Assembly (NCBI GenBank): GCA_030704615.1
Contig: CM060733.1
Coordinates: forward strand, 10,540,001 to 10,604,000
DNA length: 64,000 nt
Origin: Takakia lepidozioides
Taxonomy: Eukaryota > Plantae > Bryophyta
Direction: 5' to 3'
The notes beneath the pieces are model-generated. The model saw only the letters and a program-made list of their open reading frames with translations, had not been told where the DNA came from and ran no database searches. Made by a program: the position numbers and the translations under genes. Shown piece by piece: positions 39,732-51,750 of this stretch; position 1 is the stretch's first letter, and each line of letters begins with the position of its first letter.

Positions 39732-42700
39732 CTACCTATGTGTTGTATCCCGCTGCAATAGAGTAACCTCGTTGAAACTCAGAGTGGCCTGGTGAACGAA
39801 GTTGTCACGTTTGGGATCGCAAACCATCCTCTTCAAAAATATGAAATACAAATGTTAGCAGGGTATGAATTTACCTCTCTTGCCCAAACTGGTTGATAGC
39901 ATATTCACAAAATCAGGACATGTGCAATTGGGGAAATTGGAAACCGTGATGTCGTAGGCCATGTCATGAACAACAGATGTCGAAGTGATCATTGTGTACA
40001 CCCGACCATATCCTGGATCGGGCACTTCCGTGGTGCTTGCAACACGAGCTTGGAGCATTCTTGCAGACTTCACTTTGCCTTCAGTGATTGGAGGGAAACG
40101 CCGAACCAGCTTTCCATCTCGTTTGGTTGGCCACAAGTGAGGATTTGCCGGAGGGACCCGAGAGGACGCAGAAGTAGAAGCACATGCATGCAGTTGGGGT
40201 TGTTTCACAAGGGAAAAGCCTGCCTCCTCCAGCATTGCAATCTCCTGACTCGTGAGATGTGTTCCCACCTTGACGGGCCAAACAGTTGGAGGAGCTGGCT
40301 TCATCACCACGGAAGGACGCACAGTTCCATGCACACATCTACCATAATCGTCTGTGCAGAACCAGAACTTGTGGTTCTTTGCTTCTGGTTGGCCGTATGG
40401 ACGCATCAAACCAGTGAAAGTCGGAGCAGGAGTCCGGGCACCGCCTCTGGATATAGATGAAGTGCACTTCTCAAAATTAGTTGCCCTGATCGCTGTACAT
40501 TTCACACGAGACCCTGCACTTGTGCGTTCTATGTGTCAAACATGGTCGGGGCATGCGGACTCCAGCACATCAAGGGGGTAGTTTCTCTCCTGCACCATTT
40601 TAGTGGCACGGTTAGATGCTGGAGCCTGTCGTCGTGTCGGAGGTTCCTCCAGGATGGACGTTCCGGACATGGATCTGTCATGCAGGGGAACACGAGGCTT
40701 CGAGAAGTTATCACGGTCTGCCCTATGGGAATTGGAATCCGAACCAGGTGGGGTGTTCAATTTCCTCTTACAGGAGCCGAAACTCTCCTCCCCTTCAAGA
40801 TGTGGAACTCTAGAAACAAGTGGCGTTCCCTGGGCATACATGCTCACCGCCCGTGTTATCTTGCTTGGATCCCCAGATCTGTTTACAGCACGCAACATCA
40901 ACTCCTGTTTGTCCGGACCCTTGCCACCAGCCCCACCTCGCAAGAAATCACGGTATCTGGTTTGTTGTTGCAAGGCACGTATCAGATCATCTGTTGTTGT
41001 CACATACAAATCCCGACCTCGTTTACCAGACTGTTGCAACCATGCGTTGTGCATAGTCTCTGCCAAATTGCAAGTTGGCATGTCCGCCATTTCCTCAATG
41101 GACATGTTCTACAAAGAGGAGAACCACACTTCAAAACAGTGCACAAGGAACAACATAAAGAAAGCAGGAGAGCAAAATTTGGAAAGTAAATGTATGAATA
41201 AAGCTAGCAATACAAGCCTCGCACCATTGTCATGGCTGCTCCCCACTGTCTGTACCGGAAGTGCCAAAACGCCAGCCAATCTTCCAATGCTCTCATACTC
41301 TCAAGCGATGCAGCTCCAGAAGAGAACCACCAGGCACGAATTGTCTGGAACAAAGTGTCCGCCTCTTTCATTGTTCTAGCATCTTTGTACTCTTTGCACA
41401 ATTTGCGGTGTTGTGTCTGCATCTCTGGTTTGATGTCCGACTTTTGTATGTTTCTCCAAAGATTGTGTCCAATGGAATAGACATGTACGCTCTCTTCCCG
41501 ACATTGGCACTTTTGGGTCGCGTGATCCGAAGACAATTCGAACTGCATTGACATTCGTCTGAGCACTATCTGCCATGAAACCAGCGAAATTTGGAGATGA
41601 CAGCCCATAACACGTACAAGGGAATTCCACATGAGCTTTTGGGATTCCGTATCCTCGGATTGCATGTCACAAACTGCAATTGTCATTACTCGTTGGTACA
41701 CTGGATCGTAGATATGACAAGCCATTGTCGTCCAATCTTTCACTCGTTTCACATGATCAAACATAAGAAAACAATTCTGTAGGTCCTTAGTCTTCTGCAT
41801 CCGCTTCACGAGGCTAACCCCACTGCCCTCCCCAGCAGTTGACATTTTGAAAAGAAATACTTTGATGGCACCTTGACCTGGAAAAACATTGTCTTGGATG
41901 TAGTCGTACATGCATGCTCAGCCGTTTCAATTCCAAAATGTTGTCTATGTAGCCTTTGATCCTGGAGCCCATTCTCAATGCATTGATCTGATGCTGAATG
42001 TTAGGTGAACTTGAAGTGGAGAAATGATCCATGACACCGTCCAATGCTGCACCGTCAAGTTTAGTCCCCACAGAATCCCCTTCACTCAAAATATGGTTTT
42101 CCAAGAAGGACTTGCTTGCGCCAAGAGCAATTGCAGATGTTGTTGCGGATGGGTTTCTGTTTAATCAACCTCGATACTGTCTCAACAGTCTCCCTGTAGT
42201 CCCCATTCGAGACAGGATGGTTATGGAAACCAAAATGCATACAAGCTCTTGTCATTGTTTTCAAACGGTGGACAACATAGTACATTCTTGCTCCACACAG
42301 CGCCAGGCAGAATGGTACAAGTTTGCAGAATTTGCAAACGAAAGTGGTTGTCGGTGGAGGAGCAGTCTCAGGCTTAAATGGATTTTCCGCGAGACCCTCC
42401 CACTCGCTTTGATTATGAACCCCAAACTGAAGAAAATGTCTGCAATTCAAATTATCACACCTAGAGTGCAGCAAAGGCGTGAGCAGAACCCGTGAGCAGA
42501 TTCCCCAAAGCGAGAGCAGATTGTAAGCGTGAGCAGATTATTGATGCGGACCCTAAAAGCGAGGGAACGAGTGGGCTTATTGCCGTGGACACAAACTCCA
42601 CTACAACGGCGCAATATTCTCTTCATCGGGCCGATGACAGACAGACTCCATGACGACAATGTGGCACGAATGTGCGATGAAAAACTGTCGAATGAATGTA

Positions 42701-42820
42701 TCTATGATGAACGTAAAAGGGAATGGATGAACATTGGATGAATGTTGGATGAGTGTCGGATGAAAAATTGCCCAGATGAGTGAACCATAGATGACTGCAA
42801 CAACATGTGCGCAAGGATCC
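39732..42820 (-). pseudogene. Near full-length MULE transposase (second subfamily), frameshifted; element end near 39085
   Basis: N-terminal Cys/His-rich zinc-binding region (CDNLNC..CKFCK..TRACMHFGFHNHP). DDE core FLMFDHVKRV, GFMADSAQ, CLFHW (CxxH), CNLAETMHNAW. SWIM CTCPDF..PC*HLY. GTGAGC-rich subterminal region at 39085-39230. Confidence 0.88.
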
Positions 42821-42874
42821 ATGTGTTGTTGAGTTTAAATAAGTATATTTTAATTTGGCGGAAGCTTAAATACC

Positions 42875-43671
42875 CAGAAGACCAGCCAGATTAAGCTGGC
42901 ATCAACGCCACCTTCATCTGACACATTCAGAGGGGAAAAAACTAAAAATAATAAAAATATTATTTTTTGTTTTTTTGTTTTTTGGAAAACTTGCAAATGA
43001 ACCCAACCCCTGCAGAGGAATTGATTAACAAAATGCCAATACAACCAGATGTTGGGGTGTGGGGGGCTTTGCTTGGTGCCTGCAGAATACACGTCCATTC
43101 CAGTCCATTCACAGCCCTCAGGAGTGCTGCGTGTGGTATGCTTCTGCCAGCTGAGTTTACTAAGACATTCCAGACCAACCTATTGACCCTCAAAATCGGG
43201 TCTCTGTACGCTGATAATTATTGTCATATTATTAAAGACCTGGCGTTTACCCAGCATGGATTTCTGGTCACGAAGGACATGACAACGAATCATAAGCAAT
43301 TTGTAGATGTCATTCACCCCAAATAGCACACCAGAAGACCAGCCAGATTAAGGTGTCGCTGACGACACCTTAATCTGGCACATTCAGGGAAAAATATAAT
43401 AATAATAATAATAAATTATTTTATTTTATTTATGTTTTTGGAAAACTTGCAAATGAACCCAACCCCTGCTTTGCAAGTAAAAGACCTGGCATTTACCCAG
43501 CATGGATTTCTGGTCACATGGAAGAAGGACATGACAACGAATCATAAGTTATATGGTCTGAGCAATTTGTAGATGTCATTCACCCCAAATAGCACACCCA
43601 AAGACCAGCCAGATTAAGGTGTCATTGACGACACCTTAATCTGGCACATTCGGGGAAAAATAAAATAAAAC

Positions 43672-43711
<40 letters not shown>

Positions 43712-44283
43712 AAACTTGCAAATGAACCCAACCCCCGCTTTGCAAGCAAACGACCGTTAACCCAGCATGGATTTCTGGTCACATAGAAGAATGACATGAC
43801 AATGAATCATAAGTTATGTGGTCCGAGCAATTTGTAGATGCCATTCACCCCAAATAACACACTAGAAGACCAGCCAGATTAAGGTGTCGTTGACGACACC
43901 TTAATCTGGCCGGGAAAAAATAAAATAAAAATAAAAATTGAAAAACTTGCAATAAACCCAACCCCTACTTTGCAAGTAAAAGATCTAGCGTTTACCCGGC
44001 ATGGATTTCTGGTCACAGAATGACATGACAACGAATCATAAATTATGTGGTCCAAGCAATTTGTAGATGCCATTCATACCAAATAACACACCATAAGACT
44101 AGCCAGATTAAGGTAGATTAAGGTGTCGTTGACGACACCTTAATCTGGCATATTCGGAGAAAAATAAAATAAAAATAAAAATTGAAAAACTTGCAAATGA
44201 ACCCAACCCCTACTTTGCAAGCAAAAGACCTGGCGTTTATCCAACATGGATTTTTGATCACATGGAAGAAGGACATGACAACA
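42875..44283 (+). repeat. Tandem array (~266-bp period, 5 units), each with a 38-bp palindrome, upstream of transposase 2
   Basis: GCCAGATTAAGGTGTCG-ttga-CGACACCTTAATCTGGC at 43342, 43608, 43873 and ~44102-44149; a degenerate unit at 42885. Confidence 0.92.
43012..43100 (+). pseudogene. PPR E-domain fragment inserted in the first array unit
   Basis: AEELINKMPIQPDVGVWGALLGACRIH interrupts the unit after aacccctgc; the unit resumes at ~43234. Confidence 0.8.
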
Positions 44284-47105
44284 AAGCTCTGCACAAAATC
44301 CTCTCCTTCGTTTTGGACTCCGACTCCAGTAGCAATGGATATTCTTCGTCGGAATGAATCGGCTGTTTTCAAACGATTTATATTAAAGCACCAAATGGCC
44401 TCTCCACCTTCTTTGCAATTGGGTGTCAGCATCTCTCTCGACTTAGGATACCTGGTGAAAGGACAACCACAACCCTCTGCAGTTAACAGAGGTTCACTTT
44501 GGAGCTCCGGGGATTTGGCAACCACTACTCAAAAATGTTTTTTAATTCTGTATTCAATCACAAACTCAGAAGCTCAAACCGGGTAGCCAAGACATGTTCC
44601 AGAACAATTGCGAATCCATTGTCAAGTGCTTCTTTGGAGAAAGGCACTGGTTTGTCGTCAGAATAAAACTCTGCTTCGGAGGAAGCCATGTTACGTCCCC
44701 GAGCGGGGGGTTCTCTTTCCTAACCTGCTCCTTCGCGAAATCAGATGATTCAGCTTTGCACCACACTGGTTGCACATGAAATGAGGCGGAAGCACCCGTT
44801 CCTTGAAGATTGTGCATATTTTGATATTCCATCTAATCAATGGGGGACGGTTCCTGACAAACCGCCGTCAAATTAACGTATGTGACATGCAATCTGTATT
44901 GTCTTCTGAGCAATGCTGACAGATGATCCATCAAGTAGTGGGGGTCGCCCCAAAACAATAAAAACCCGCCGACTTCCTTGAAGACAGCCTGAGGATCCCA
45001 TGCAGGGATGATGGGAAGAGAATTGAAGTAATTAGTTCATTTGTCAGGCCATGACTAGATTCACTATGTCTGATCATGTTGATGATTTCTAGATTATGCA
45101 TGAAATGGCCCAGAACTCTCCACGTACGCATATTCCGTGAAATCCTAAGTAGACCTCATGGTAAGTACTTTGAGAATTCTCATCCATGACGTTCAACGGT
45201 GATATTAATGAAGCCGACACAAAAAAGACACATGTCAATTTTATGTTTGCACACGCCAACAACCCAAAACAACCGCGCAAAGGAACAGCTGTCCCAATTA
45301 GGTTACGCTATTTTCACTGTAACATACATTCAAGTATCGGACACGCAAGAGGGAATCGAATGGTTCCAGGGACACTCCCAAAACGACGGGACCCCACAAG
45401 AAAGCGAGTCTGTTCATCTTTCTTGTTTCTTAGAGGAAGAGAGGCAGTCAAGCTGGAGAGGGTTCCTTGTTCGGTTCGGAAGAGGAGGAAAACATTGTAT
45501 TTTACATTGCTTAGAGAGAGGCTGAGATCAAGAGAGCAAATGACGAGGCGTCGCATGCAAGATGGTGCAGCACTTAGGCAGCATGTGAACTTGGAGACAG
45601 ATCAAGCAGAAGAGCATGTAGGAAGAGAGAGTGAGGTCGTCACAGTCGTAGCGACGGCTGGAGCAGTGAGCATAGGTAACCAGACAGTGCCAGCCAAGTT
45701 CATGCCCGAAGACAACAGAACAGGAGGAGGAGCAATGGACGCCATACAGGGAGGAAGTCTGCAAACCCTACATCAAACAGAAATGGTGAGCACTCAATAT
45801 CCGCATAATACTGTTTTCATTAGTCTTGATGTTTTCCCTTCTATGTGGGATTCAATACCTTGTTTTTTCTTATGTTCAGACCGATGAAAAAAGGAAGAGG
45901 AAAGCTAAAGAGGGCGATCCGAGCGATGCAACCACGAAGCCGAAGAACGCGAAGGGATCCGTAAGTTCTCTCAAACGCACTTCTCCCTCTTTACTGATGG
46001 TCCCCAGATGTGAGAAAAGCGATGATCGGTGGCGATCATTGCTTTACAGAGGAATGTAGTTGGTGTCGTATTTCAGCAGATTTAGGAAGGCAGGCAGGCA
46101 GGAAAGAATATGTATCAAGGCGAAAGTGATGATCGATGACGACCATCAACTTCGCCATTGCTTTATTTAAGCAAAGAATGCGAACACTACAACAGATCGT
46201 GGTATATCTGATGCCGAGCCGTGGTAGTCATGGTTTTTCTGACTTTGACCATGACTTCCTTGTATTTTTGGACCAAATGGGGGGCTTCACGTAGTCGTTG
46301 AAATGACTACGTGACTACGTAGTCCTCTGGGCGACTACTTTGGTAGACGTCGTCATGACTGCATGGCTCCGCACTAGAGGAATGGTTGGTCAACGATGGT
46401 TGACCAGCGCGAGCTCACCACCAAATGGTCGCCGGAATGACTTCTAGTGCAAGCCTGGTAGCCAAAAGGTTAAAAAAGTTAAAAAGGTTGATTATAGGAT
46501 TGCGCATGAGAGGGTTGGGACTTAGTTTTCTTTTTCTTTTTCTCCTGCGTGGTTTCTTATTATTGAGCTGTTGTGTTGGGTCATGGAACGCGATGATCGC
46601 AGGATAGGGGCGTGGGATGGAGGCTTTGCAGACCTATTCTTGAACTACTGATGCAGGAAGGGGCGAAGCGCAACCTGCACCGCAACCGCAATGGGCTCTT
46701 GGCTCCTGTTAGTACCATGATTTGGTATTCTTCCTGATGTTTACATGGTTATTGGGAGAGACAGCTTGGTCTTAGCAGTCCGTGTTTCAATCGACGCCCG
46801 CTCAGCTGCACCGTGGTGGTTCTCGCAACCAATACGACATTACCTTACTACAGACACAAGCAACACACACAAGAGGTCCTATTGTGTTCATGGTCAGTCA
46901 AATCCTCCATGGGTCATGACACAAGGTCGAGGACAATGTGGTGAGGGCACCTTCTTCTTCGACCTATTTCAGCCTGTTTTGACCTCTCATCAGACTCGGC
47001 ACTGAATTTCTTCACGATGGTGGGACAACCGCAATCACAAGGTGTGGTTTTTTCTTAATGTACCATGTAAAGTTCTAAGTTAGTCCATCTTGCAAATGTG
47101 GGCTC

Positions 47106-50100
47106 GGGGGGTGCTATTCCGTGAGCCTGGAGGCGTGAGCCTGTGAGCCCAAGAAACCGTGAGCCCAGCACAGGCTCACGCCACGCCAGCATACATACAG
47201 GGCCTATTTCTGCGGGTGTCACCTATTTCCACGGGTTGATCAGCCATTTCCCGGGAATGCAGAGTGGATATGTTACATCCATTGTATCCATTGCATCCAT
47301 GTAGACGTTATCAACATACCAAACCCTCACAAGTTTATGTGGGTACGTCGTGAGGAGGTGCACACTGACATGATCTAAAGCGGATCCCTACGAAATCTTT
47401 TCTTACTCACCACCCTTGCGAACATGCCGGGTATGTGCGGGAGCATCATGGATGCTCATTAGATTTGAGAATGCCTGAACGCTCTTTGATGAGGTGGACT
47501 TCACCGTGATGGATTCACCAACCATTCTTCTAGCAGGAATGGTTTGGAGACCAACGACCAAATGATGCAAGAATGTTGTACACGAACCAAAGTCGTTTGT
47601 TTGTTTTTGCAATGCACTCAAGTCTGTGAGGTCCAGAAAACACTAAATAGATTGAAGGAACAATCCGGGCAATCCATGAAACCCCCATCTCCAACAATAG
47701 TTTGTTCCCATTAATGTGCATTCCACGCACACATTGCAAACATGACAACAAGGACACACAACCATCCCATTTCAAATTTGGCCCTGAATAAAACCAAAAG
47801 AAAACTTCATATCAAGTGTCACAGTCATCATAATCAGTCTCGACCTCCTGTGCTATGTCATCCACAAAGATTCTGGCCCCAACACCATGTCTTCTACCAC
47901 GGCCGTCGATGGGTGGACTCCGAGTGCCATGAACGGTCATGCTTGTTGCGAGTGCCTCCGCATAGACAGGTAGCACGCAAGACCAAGGAGGACTGGAAAG
48001 AAGTCCAAATAGGTGTGATAGCCCTGGAGGGCAAGTGGAAGCACGCGGACTCCTGCACATGTCGACAAAAACCCATTCATAACACAATATGCAATACACA
48101 AGTCCAACGAAGAGGATGTCTGCCATGTGAACTTTGCCTCAAGAACAGTGATTCTCGATATTGAAACAACAATGCAAGCATCCACAGGTTGAACTTACTC
48201 ACAGGCAAAGTCGGAGTCCAGCTCCTTGTCGGAAGTCTCCTCTGTATCAATATCAGCGGGACGGGGCTTCGGAAGGACTTGAGAAGTGTGTCCACCCAAA
48301 CCCATCAGGAGGTTCTTGTAAATCTCAGCATCCCCTTCAATCCCAAAGAGATGTCACGCATTGGCCTTGCAAGCGTGGTACGAAGCACCTGCAGTGGAAT
48401 AGAATGAAGGAAGCAGACATTGAAGACACATTTGGAACAGTGGGAAGTGCTGAAAGTGCAAGCTCAATCAAACCTCATGAAATGTGAATGTTGAAGAGAC
48501 GAACCTGTGCCCATTGACAAATCCAGAACTCTGGCGTCTGTGTAGGTGCAGCACTCCACAATCGTTTGAATGAAAGCCGGGCTCCTCTCCCTCACCCCTC
48601 TCCAAGGAACCCCATTCCCCCTTCGCAAGCAGACGTTGCTGTCGAGGTAGTTGTGGTGCATGTCATCCGTGGGAGGATCTGTCCTGTCGTCTATGAACTT
48701 TGAGTGATGGCGAACTCCGCAATGCTGGCCGGAGTCGTTGGTGGATGCACTCGGACGAGACAAACAGCTTCAAACAAACGGGTCTGCGAACAACACATCC
48801 ACAATGAACTAAGAAGCTTCAAAAATCAGGCCCCTACATATGAGTTCGAGCGACCTACACAACTCCATCCGAGAACCACCAAGAAGAGGAAGAAGAAGGC
48901 AAATTTACCATCTCTCCCGGACGATCCCCCTTCGTAAGGTACATGTTGTTCACACAATTCCATGTCTTCAAGACTCTCATGCCCGAGGCTTTCAAATAGC
49001 TGGCGCAAGTGCACGGCGACAACGAACGTCGGCGGACTGTATGAGCACCAAACACCTGCATCGGACAGGAAAAAATTGCAAAAGGAGAAAACCCACCGCC
49101 AGTAGCGCTCATCAAAAGCATTCCAACCCGGACAAGCACCCGATGGAGGGACATCCGGGACTGCCAACCCATCAGGGATGTCCAAGATTATGAGTTCGGC
49201 TGCATATTGCTTCTCCTTCCCGTTCACCCAGGATTTGGTCATTTTAGCCTGCAAACAAAATTACAATGGAATACTCAAGAGGATTGAAACGATCCATGCC
49301 TGCGGCAGAGAAGAAGCAAAAGAGAACACGCACCGTGCCGAGGAACTCCACAATCCTCTCCCACACTGGTGATGGCTCGCCCTTGTAATCAGATTTCTTG
49401 GACTCCATCATGGCAAGGAATCCGACGTTGGCCATCTCCAACCTGGTAGGGCGAATGACCCTCGTGGGATGTTCCACTGCATGGTACGGGTCCTTGGGAT
49501 CAACCACCCCCTTGTTCTTTCTCACGGATCCCCTACCATGCGGTGGAGTCTGCTGGACATGCACCACTGGGCCAATATCTGCAACACTTCCCTACCCTGT
49601 GCCACCTTCCCTCTACCCCTTCCTTTCCCCACAACACCAGCAACATCTTTTCCCTTTGCCTTTCTACCTCTACCCGGGGTATCCTGAGCGGGAGGCTCCT
49701 TCTCTGCAAGAGTCCTCAAATTTCGTTCATGAATGTCGAGGTCGGCTGCTGCGGCAGTGGCTACAATTCGCTCATTCTCTCTCCTCAAAGACACCTCCGG
49801 AGCTGGGGTCTCAGAAGGAGGGCAATCCAAATACCAACCACAAGAAGAAAGATGGTCTGGGCCCCAGTCATGCAAGATCCCAGTAGTAAACATGGTCTGG
49901 TTGCCAGCAGGGACAAGCCAAAGGTCCACGAAATCTGGATGTTTGTCTAAGCAATTCTCTTCCATGAGAACAAACTTTATGTACGTGCAGGAACAGAGAC
50001 AGCCTCATTATGCAATGCAATTATTGTCTCTCAGCTTTTCCATCACACCAGGAAGACCCCTTAAACTGTATGCGTCACAATACATTGCAACCACAGCACA

Positions 50101-51750
50101 CTAAGTAGCCTGAACGGCCAAGGGTGTGCACCTGTAAAGGCATCGTTTCCAGGCTTCCTCTCCTTTTTCTTGCTGGTCAAGGTCATGTGTTCGACTGATG
50201 CCACCCTCCTTGCTGAACTCTCTAAAGAAACAAGAGTGCCACACTGTGGCTCTCCATTTCCTCATGTATGCTTCGAAGGAGACCTTCGGTGTTGTCATAG
50301 TGATGCCATAGTCAGCCAGCTGAGTATGCAGAACCGACCGTGCCCTTTCTTCTAACTGCAAAACAATTCAAATGCAAGAATGAACCCAAAAACAATCACA
50401 GCGAATGTGAGAGGCAATGGAAAGAGAAGGACAGGAAAGAGAAAAGAAAGTGACACAGGAAAGGACATCACACCTGGCTCCAGTAAGTGGCCTTGTGAAG
50501 CCATGTGTCCAGCACATTGTCACTGACAGGAATGACACGCTGGGTCTTCTTCTCTTTCTCCGGCCTGGGGAACATGTGGGTATTCCTAACTGTGGGATCG
50601 GAGTTCCATATCTGTAGCCACTTCACCTTCTGTTATGAAGACACAACGGCGGTAGACAACCTGTGCAACTTCTCCTGGGCCATCTCTGGCTTGCCTGGCT
50701 TGTTATAATGGTTTTTTTTCTCCAGGAGAAACTGCGATCCGAATGATGGGTCGGCAATTCTCAACTGCTTCACAAAAGCACTCATTATAGTCCTTCTTGT
50801 AGCGGTCATCTCTTTCTGGATGTGACCCTCAACACCCTTTGTTGTCCTTCTCTCCTCAGGGGTTGACCTGTAGTATTCCAGTTTGCCACGCTCCCCTGCA
50901 ACTGTAATGTCTTGCTGCAAGGGAATGCACGAGAGTTGCATCAACCCAAGGGCAACGGAAACAAACAGAAACAAACATGTGGAAGCAGGAATATGGAAAG
51001 GGCAGATGAAGGGAGATGTATCTCACCGTGTACATGTACTCCATGAAAGCCTCACGTGTCAATGAGTACCACGTTTCCGATGTCTTGGAGTTTTCGCACT
51101 TCTTGTACGTCTCTGCTGAAAGGATGGTCTTGAAGTTGGTCAAGGGCATCTGCCCGATCCTTTGTATCCTATACAGTGTGTGAACCAAACTCGTTTTGAC
51201 ATGCGATGTCTCCGTTCCTCTGCAGAATGATATCTGAAAGTCAAAATGAAATTCAAGGACTTTAATCAAAGAACCACGGAACTACAAGTGGAACATGTAG
51301 AATGAGAAACCAACCTGTTCACATCATTCATTGCCGTCAGAAGACCCATCATGTTCCCCTCACAATCCAGCACCATCGATCGAACAGAGTAATGCCACTC
51401 TTCCTCCTGTGAGTGCAGCCTCCCAATGACAGCCATCCATGCAAACAACCGGTGGTTCCCATCCCAAACATGAAACATCTTCCCCGAGAATGCCTCGGTG
51501 GAAGGTTTCCTGGAGAGAAGAAGTTCGAAGGATTCGTTCACCTGTCTCCAAATAGGATCCCAGGAGTCCACGATTGACTCATCCACAAGGAGCTCATTGC
51601 CTCTGGAATCCCTAGTACAAACGTAAAACACTGCGGATCCATCCAAATACCCATGAACAACCTCGGCCTCCAGCTTGAGAATGTCCTTGATGAGGGGTGG
51701 ATGAACGACGGGCATGGAAACCATCCTACACAGGGGAATCTTCAACCTCC
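47106..51750 (-). mobile_element. Second (inverted, truncated) copy of the methyltransferase half of the MULE
   Basis: Reverse complement of ~20065-24242 at high identity; shares the GGGGGGTGCTATT terminus and breaks off at ~51750 against PPR sequence. Confidence 0.9.
47812..51750 (-). pseudogene. Spliced ParB-like + beta-class amino-DNA-methyltransferase gene, copy 2 (retains the motif-IV exon; 5'-truncated, frameshifted)
   Basis: FHVWDGNHRLFAW; AAELIILDIPDG (motif IV position); ERSPAFIQTIVECCTYTDARVLDLSMGT|GASYHACKANA*HLFGIEGD (motifs X, I, II); about 8 exons. Confidence 0.82.

Noticed and set aside
44523-44545. CACTA terminus (CACTACTCAAAAA)
   Set aside because: No subterminal repeats or partner end; probably chance.
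39085-51750. One intact second element spanning transposase 2 and methylase copy 2
   Set aside because: The ends at ~39085 and 47106 point the same way. Transposase 2 is also much more diverged from copy 1 than the two methylase copies are from each other, so these are parts of separate insertions.
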